Virus record (IMG/VR): IMGVR_UViG_3300030319_000027
Coordinates: 1-58,779 of that record
From: a virus
Strand: one strand, 5' to 3'
DNA length: 58,779 nt
The notes under the pieces were generated by a model that saw nothing but the letters and a program-made list of their open reading frames with translations, was not told the origin of the DNA and did no database searches. Both the position numbers and the translations under genes were made by a program. This document shows, in pieces, positions 53,304-58,779 of this stretch (positions are counted from its first letter, which is position 1; every line of letters begins with the position of its first letter).

Positions 53304-53468
53304 TTAAGCCTCCTTGTTCTTATTGCCGGTCTTGTCCTCCAGCAGCTCGATCAGCTCCTTATACTCGGCCTCGGTGATGCGGCCAATGGCGTAGAAAACG
53401 TCCAGCTTGTCCGCAAGACCAGCGGTCTGTCCGCGCTCGATCAGGCGTTTACAGATACGATACAACAT
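53304..53468 (-). CDS. XkdX-like small protein
   Basis: ATG 53468 follows AAGGAGGT. The ...GRITEAEYKELI pattern is present. Confidence 0.5.
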   Translation of the reverse strand: MLYRICKRLIERGQTAGLADKLDVFYAIGRITEAEYKELIELLEDKTGNKNKEA

Positions 53469-53481
53469 AGTTTTTACCTCC

Positions 53482-54642
53482 TTATGTGGTTCTTGTGTCA
53501 GTGGTGGTGTCATCGGTCAGTCCCAGCTCCAGCAGGGCGACGCGGTACTCCTGATCTACCGCCAGGGCGTCCGTGTCCGCCTGCGCGGCCTGCGTCTCGG
53601 TCAGCAGCTCTGCCAAGGTGGGGTAGTGGTAGCCGGTGAATACAACCGATACAGTATTCAGCGTATTGGTAAGGGTACATTCAAGACGTTTTTTGTCGGC
53701 CGAAAATAATACTGTGACCTTGAGACTTCCCGCGCCAAAACTGCCAGTTTCATATGTCATACCAGGGGTAAGATTAAAATCAGTTTCGTTTATGCGGAGG
53801 TTAACGTAATCTACACCGTCCTGAACGTTAATTGTCTCAGTTTTTCTCCTCCCAATCGTTGTTTTTCCGCTCCACACCAGCCGCGCCTCCGACTTGACCG
53901 CCACACTGGCCGCGATGGTATCATACAGCGTCTTGCCGCTCAGGGTGCCGTCCGGGGCAATGTCCAGATAGTCGCCCACCTTCACGCCGCCCAGCTGGTC
54001 TGCCGTAGCGGGCGGCAGGGTGTACGGCGTGCCGAACTTGGCGTCGGCCTGGGCCTTGGTGTAGTAGTCGGAAAGGTCCGCTTTTTGAATACTATCCTTC
54101 CACGACTTCGTGTCACTGTCCCACGTCCAAATGGTGTCGGTGGTGCCAACGACCGCCCACCAGCCATTTTCGCCTATGGGAACAGCGGCTTTCAGAGCTT
54201 CCGGCGTGGCGTACCACCCCTGTGCACCGATGGTGATGGTGCGGACCTGCTCAAAGTATTCTTTTGTGCCCTGCAAATAAGTAGCAGACTGAGATTCCGA
54301 ACGCTTTGAATTGATTTCGCTTGTCTTGGCAGCAGCAGCAGACAAAGCTGCATTTTCGGAGTCTGCTTTTACAATTGCAGAAACGTCTTTTGCGGCATTT
54401 TTTGCAGCCTGTTCTGCTTTTGCACGTTCTTCCGCAGCGGAATTTGCCGCCGAAACGGCTTCCTCTTTTGCGTTGATGGCACCTGCAACTGTACTCAGCT
54501 CATTTAAAGTGGATGCGTTGATTGGTGTGCCGTCCTTTATGGGTTCGTCGTTTCGGACGAGCGTTACAATTTCAGACGACCCATCCTCACGGACTAACGT
54601 CCACCTGCCAGGATATTTTGATATGCGGTCTTCAAAAACCAT
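53482..54642 (-). CDS. Tail fibre / receptor-binding protein
   Basis: 386 aa. N-terminus DRISKYPGRWTL...GTPINASTLNEL, then an Ala-rich coiled coil. Confidence 0.6.
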   Translation of the reverse strand: MVFEDRISKYPGRWTLVREDGSSEIVTLVRNDEPIKDGTPINASTLNELSTVAGAINAKEEAVSAANSAAEERAKAEQAAKNAAKDVSAIVKADSENAALSAAAAKTSEINSKRSESQSATYLQGTKEYFEQVRTITIGAQGWYATPEALKAAVPIGENGWWAVVGTTDTIWTWDSDTKSWKDSIQKADLSDYYTKAQADAKFGTPYTLPPATADQLGGVKVGDYLDIAPDGTLSGKTLYDTIAASVAVKSEARLVWSGKTTIGRRKTETINVQDGVDYVNLRINETDFNLTPGMTYETGSFGAGSLKVTVLFSADKKRLECTLTNTLNTVSVVFTGYHYPTLAELLTETQAAQADTDALAVDQEYRVALLELGLTDDTTTDTRTT

Positions 54643-55090
54643 ATTGGTCCTCCCCAGCCATGTATTCGCCAGAAAAAGTAACGTAAGTTTTGGCGATTGA
54701 TTCTATGTCTGACAAAATGCTTTCAAGTTGGTTCATTGTCTCGAATCCAAGCCTATCCATAGACGTAGGTGTCGGCGCAGTTTTGGCATCCCCTGAGTTT
54801 TTTGAGCGGATGGATTCAACATTTGACAGCCACCTAGTAGCATCTGACGTGGTAAGATACCCGTTTATGTCCCAGTCCGTCTTGACATCTACGTCCGCAC
54901 CGAGAAGTGAAGCAAGCTCGGATATGCCGGTTTCTATTCTCGAAAAATCTCTGTAGTCAAGAGCCCCTTTCATACCGGAAAGCCACTCCGCTTTTTCCTC
55001 ATCCGTCCAGGTCCCGTTTACGGCTTTACCATAAATGAACTTTAGGCGGTCAACATCGTCTTGGGTTCTGTCTGTAATCCAAATCGCCAT
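54632..55090 (-). CDS. Tail-associated hypothetical protein
   Basis: 152 aa, between the tail-tip and fibre genes. Confidence 0.45.
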   Translation of the reverse strand: MAIWITDRTQDDVDRLKFIYGKAVNGTWTDEEKAEWLSGMKGALDYRDFSRIETGISELASLLGADVDVKTDWDINGYLTTSDATRWLSNVESIRSKNSGDAKTAPTPTSMDRLGFETMNQLESILSDIESIAKTYVTFSGEYMAGEDQYGF

Positions 55091-55099
55091 AGTCCCTCC

Positions 55100-57625
55100 T
55101 TAAAGCAAAATCTTTTTGTCGTTACCGACTTTAGTCGTAGACGGAAGCGTAAAAGCGGGGCTGAACTTGTTGGAACTCCACGCGTTATACGATTCTGAAT
55201 AGAAAAACGTCTTGCCTCCATTATTTGTTCCGAGACTGTATGTTCCAACAAGCTGGCCTTGAATGGGATTCCCGGAATAATCTCGCCATGCAGGGGAGCG
55301 TGACCATCTGCGGATAAGACGATTGACGGAATCATCATAAGACTGAACAAAAACATTTCGGGTTTGCTTTGGTAGTACAGAACCTTCTTTTTTAAAAAAC
55401 GGGTTACTGCCATTTACATAAACATCTGCGTTTTTGTCTTCCGGGTCAAACATCTCATAAATAGACGGAAGAAAAACACTGCGAGAAAGCGTTCTGATTT
55501 CCGTAGTGCTACCGCCTACCGTGTAATAGAAAGAGGTAAGCCCCATTGCGGACTTGACGGTGTCGCTAAATCTGTTTGCGTAATCTCCCTTCAACAGCCT
55601 GTCGATGGAGCTTCCGTCGTATGTATTGACGTGCGTCTGGTTCCACACTGTTTCAGCAAGAGGTTCTTTCCTGATAAGAAGTGTTCTCCCCGGACCATTT
55701 AAACCAGGCTCATACCCATGTTTTGCGACAACAAACTCTACATCCGCACCACTTTCTTGAATGTAAACAGACGATCCTTCCGGCATATCCGACAAAGACG
55801 GAGCCTGACTGATAACGGTACACTTTGCAGATACGGAAGATACGAAGGCTGTGACTACGGCATCTCCACTGGAAACAAAAGAAATGTCGCAAACAGAAAC
55901 GCCGCCTTTGTTGGAAACGACGGAAATGGAAACAACGTCGGGAGGAGATGCTTCCCATCCGATTGCTGGGGAATCCTCTGAGGAAGGGACAAGCGTTGCG
56001 GTTAAACGAACGGTCTCTCCAGGAGCCACAAAAACGGAGTCCTTATCAAGTCTAAGGGCACTCGCACTTTCCACCATATATCCTTCCATCGTACCTTTAA
56101 AACATCCGTTAAAGGTATACTTGGCATCCGTAACGAGAACGTTCGATGCATATCCAAACTGATGGTTTGCTCTAACAAAAGACAACGCATCAATATGAGG
56201 GCTTGCACGAAATTCCAGGTTTACCTTTCTTCTGTTAGAAAGAAGCGCGTATGTTTCGGTCAACGCATTTTTTGCGCTAGAAGATACAGATTTCGATACA
56301 AGCGGATTATTGATGCTTTGGGTCGCTCCGTTCCCACTAGCTCCGGCTGGATAAAAAACGGATTCGCCGCCAACCTTACACGATACGTTTTTTATTTTTG
56401 TCGAAAACGTTATTTCTGGGTATTTAAAGCTATTCAAGAGCGATATTTCCTCAATACCAGACCTCGTGACTGGAACAAGAGGAACACGTTCAATGTGAAT
56501 GACCCCATCTCTGGATTGGTAAAGAGCCATCCCGGCTGCGTTTGCAGCAAGCTGAAGAACGTCTGCGTTTTTATAAGAGGAAGCATCGGAGGAAATTTCG
56601 GAAGAATAGTTCTTTAATTCTTCCGAAATTTCGTAAGATATCCCGGAAACATCCAGAAGTTCCAATGCATCAAAGCACATCTGGTAAAGCGTTCCGCTTG
56701 TGTGCCCGGTATAAATAGAATCCTGGAGGAATGACAGAGCATCCCTGGCGTCAAACGATGCTGTTATGCCATTTGCTGGGATTGTCCATCCGGAAAGAAA
56801 GAACTTCCCTCCATCAATCCATTCGATTGAATTTCCCATGTCCATGCCATACTGAACAAAAACCTCTTGACGTTCGTAGAGATATTGGTAAAGACCTCCC
56901 GGGTTTACCGGGTTCCAACGCTGCTTGGAATTATCGACGGAAAACGAAACGGAATCCTTGGAAAGCTGACCGGAAACCGGGTCGCGTTTCGATTCGTGCG
57001 TATAGGAGAGCAAGTCTGCTTTGTTAAATTGAATACGTTGGCCGAATTCAACTTGTTCTACTCTAGCTCTACGGCCTTGGATGCACCATTCCAAAATTTC
57101 AAGGGTAATTGAATCATACCCAGAAATCTCAAAATCTACAGAGGATTCAACCGACTGGTTATCGTCAATTTGTTTTGACGCAACGAGCTCCTTTCCGCTA
57201 TAAGCCGCCAACCTAAAAGATTTTGCAAATTCGTTTAAAACAGACGACCATACGATTATAATTCCGGGGATTCTTTCAGTGTGTGTTTTGCTGAAAGAGA
57301 AAGTGATAATCGGATGGTTTGTGTCAGAAACACAATCCATACTTAAATACCCAGCGTTCTCGTATGGCTCTGAACCTGGGACCAAAAGTTTGCTCCCGTC
57401 AAGGACCCACAAATTAGGTTCTCCGGTGGCATAATTGGCCAAAGAAGCAGAATCCAGGTCTGTGACAGACAACGTGTTGCTGAATAAAGCCTGGTTGGAA
57501 GAGCTGGCAATGGCGTCTGCTTGGGCCTTATCGTCAGAGACGTGGTAAGTGATGCGAACAAACATCTCCGGAACAAGTGTCTTGTCGTATTGTTCAAGCC
57601 ACTTGTCGGAAGGCAGAAAGCCCAT
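55100..57625 (-). CDS. Tail-tip / baseplate protein with an Ig-like (Big_2-type) domain
   Basis: 841 aa, the second gene after the tape measure. The segment VAPGETVRLTATLVPSS...WEASPPDVVSISV looks Big_2-like. Confidence 0.65.
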   Translation of the reverse strand: MGFLPSDKWLEQYDKTLVPEMFVRITYHVSDDKAQADAIASSSNQALFSNTLSVTDLDSASLANYATGEPNLWVLDGSKLLVPGSEPYENAGYLSMDCVSDTNHPIITFSFSKTHTERIPGIIIVWSSVLNEFAKSFRLAAYSGKELVASKQIDDNQSVESSVDFEISGYDSITLEILEWCIQGRRARVEQVEFGQRIQFNKADLLSYTHESKRDPVSGQLSKDSVSFSVDNSKQRWNPVNPGGLYQYLYERQEVFVQYGMDMGNSIEWIDGGKFFLSGWTIPANGITASFDARDALSFLQDSIYTGHTSGTLYQMCFDALELLDVSGISYEISEELKNYSSEISSDASSYKNADVLQLAANAAGMALYQSRDGVIHIERVPLVPVTRSGIEEISLLNSFKYPEITFSTKIKNVSCKVGGESVFYPAGASGNGATQSINNPLVSKSVSSSAKNALTETYALLSNRRKVNLEFRASPHIDALSFVRANHQFGYASNVLVTDAKYTFNGCFKGTMEGYMVESASALRLDKDSVFVAPGETVRLTATLVPSSEDSPAIGWEASPPDVVSISVVSNKGGVSVCDISFVSSGDAVVTAFVSSVSAKCTVISQAPSLSDMPEGSSVYIQESGADVEFVVAKHGYEPGLNGPGRTLLIRKEPLAETVWNQTHVNTYDGSSIDRLLKGDYANRFSDTVKSAMGLTSFYYTVGGSTTEIRTLSRSVFLPSIYEMFDPEDKNADVYVNGSNPFFKKEGSVLPKQTRNVFVQSYDDSVNRLIRRWSRSPAWRDYSGNPIQGQLVGTYSLGTNNGGKTFFYSESYNAWSSNKFSPAFTLPSTTKVGNDKKILL

Positions 57626-57640
57626 AAATAATCACCTCTC

Positions 57641-58009
57641 TTAAACTTCAACCAGGCTAAGGGATGTCCCGACCCATCCCATAACGTTTCCGTTGGACGG
57701 GGAACGCCTCCACATTCCGGCGGTTCTATCGGAAACATACATTTGCCTTGTCGTGTAGCTTGCAGTTGCTTGGTTATAAAACCGAACAGTGCAGTAAAAG
57801 TTTGTGGTGAACGGCCCGATGACATCCGCCCACTGTCTTGCGGTAAGATAATTCCATTTTAGGGAAATCTTCGCAACATCGTGCCGCACCACAGACCCAA
57901 CGACTTTGCCTTGTACGTTTCGTCCAGAATCGACTATAGTGCTTGTTGTAGCGTCGTAGGAGGAAGGCTCAGGCAGCTCTCTGCCATTTACTGTGACGAG
58001 AGATTGCAT
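57641..58009 (-). CDS. Distal tail protein (short form)
   Basis: 122 aa, immediately downstream of the tape measure. Confidence 0.5.
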   Translation of the reverse strand: MQSLVTVNGRELPEPSSYDATTSTIVDSGRNVQGKVVGSVVRHDVAKISLKWNYLTARQWADVIGPFTTNFYCTVRFYNQATASYTTRQMYVSDRTAGMWRRSPSNGNVMGWVGTSLSLVEV

Positions 58010-58024
58010 AAAACGTAAACCTCC

Positions 58025-58779
58025 TTAGTAGCTGTAAACTTCGTTTCCCATAATTTGCATTCCTCGCTCCGACTGCCTCTTTTCTACAGACGCAGTGATC
58101 TGCTTCCCGTCGAGGTAAATCTTGAGTTCCTTTCCTCCAGTGATTTCATCTCCATATCGCTGGAAGATGTCAAGAAATGCGTTATAGCATCCATCGTGGA
58201 CGGCACTACGAAGCTCTGCGGAGCTCGTTCCACTAGCGGAAGAAGTCGGGTAGTAGCTCCCAACGGATGTAGTGGAGCCATTAACAGAATCGTAATCACT
58301 CGTGCCAGGATAACTCGAATAGCTGTCGTTTACAGATGGAGCGGAACTTGTTCCGTGCTTTCCGACAAGCGTTCCGACAATTCCTGCAATTGCGGCTGCA
58401 ATTGCGACGCCGCCAGCGATCATGATGACACCAGTTGGGATGCCAAGAGATGTCAAGACGCTGCCGATCGTCTGCAAGATGCCCATAAATGCAGCTCCAA
58501 TTTGACCGATAAGCCCGGCAATGCCAGCGATGATAGACGGGAACTGGCTCAAAACGCCAGAAGAAAGGCCAATACTGATTGCCCTGCCGGATGCCGAGAT
58601 CGGCCCGATCAGAGTGGAAAAAGACGTTGCAATCTTGCTGCCGAGACCTACAACCTGCGTGGAAATTTCTCCAAATTTTGAAGTGATTCCAGCTAAGATG
58701 TTGTTCCCGACGAGTTTTGCAGAAGAAAATACTTTGGAACCAACGGTTTTAAGAGCACTAGTGAGATTGGAAACCAAGT
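58025..58779 (-). CDS. Tail tape measure protein, C-terminal part (same gene as 1..3202; about 1285 aa in total)
   Basis: The track ORF is open at the window end. It has a Gly/Ala/Ile-rich hydrophobic segment and is followed by tail-tip genes. Confidence 0.85.
   Translation of the reverse strand, partial: LVSNLTSALKTVGSKVFSSAKLVGNNILAGITSKFGEISTQVVGLGSKIATSFSTLIGPISASGRAISIGLSSGVLSQFPSIIAGIAGLIGQIGAAFMGILQTIGSVLTSLGIPTGVIMIAGGVAIAAAIAGIVGTLVGKHGTSSAPSVNDSYSSYPGTSDYDSVNGSTTSVGSYYPTSSASGTSSAELRSAVHDGCYNAFLDIFQRYGDEITGGKELKIYLDGKQITASVEKRQSERGMQIMGNEVYSY
58681..58779. repeat. Terminal direct repeat, copy 2
   Basis: Identical to 1-99. Confidence 0.95.

Larger units (their letters stand above)
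1..58779. mobile_element. Complete circular tailed-phage genome with plasmid-type maintenance genes (phage-plasmid-like), about 58,680 bp unique
   Basis: 1-99 is identical to 58681-58779. A full packaging/head/tail/lysis set is present together with Rep_3, ParA, RepA_N and DnaB. No integrase-sized recombinase ORF was seen. Confidence 0.8.

Noticed and set aside
49476-55090. Diversity-generating retroelement or invertible host-range switch at the fibre genes
   Set aside because: No reverse transcriptase ORF exists anywhere in the genome. I saw no template/variable repeat pair and no inverted repeats flanking a fibre segment. The recombinase gene is 36 kb away.

Overview
The window is a complete, circularly closed genome. 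Bases 1-99 are identical to 58681-58779, leaving about 58,680 bp of unique sequence. It is a siphovirus-type temperate phage organised like a phage-plasmid.

Minus strand, late module: TerL (10704-12371), a tRNA/structured-RNA island, portal, scaffold, capsid, neck, major tail, G/T chaperones with a -1 frameshift, tape measure (crosses the window junction), tail tip, fibres, XkdX, GH25 endolysin, holins and a collagen-like fibre.

Minus strand, early/replication operon (37041 down to 20119): it starts at a face-to-face CI/Cro-type switch. It carries Sak4/SSB/RecU-like recombination genes, an MTase-like gene, MazG, a PAPS-reductase-like gene, a TerS-like gene, Lar, a DnaD-like organizer, DnaB helicase and a RepA_N initiator beside an iteron/AT-rich origin.

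Plus strand, accessory blocks: an antirepressor; a GC-rich cargo cassette bounded by related GC-rich non-coding islands; a plasmid-maintenance block (XRE regulator, iterons plus Rep_3 initiator, ParA, and an RHH protein whose gene contains a 10-bp phased repeat array); a BRO-RHH protein; and an AT-rich island of small membrane proteins.

A minus-strand orphan operon of Cys-rich and P/Q-rich proteins lies at 44046-46921. No integrase ORF was seen, only a small serine recombinase.

All family names come from motif recognition by eye. No searches or folding programs were run, and start codons were refined by RBS inspection.
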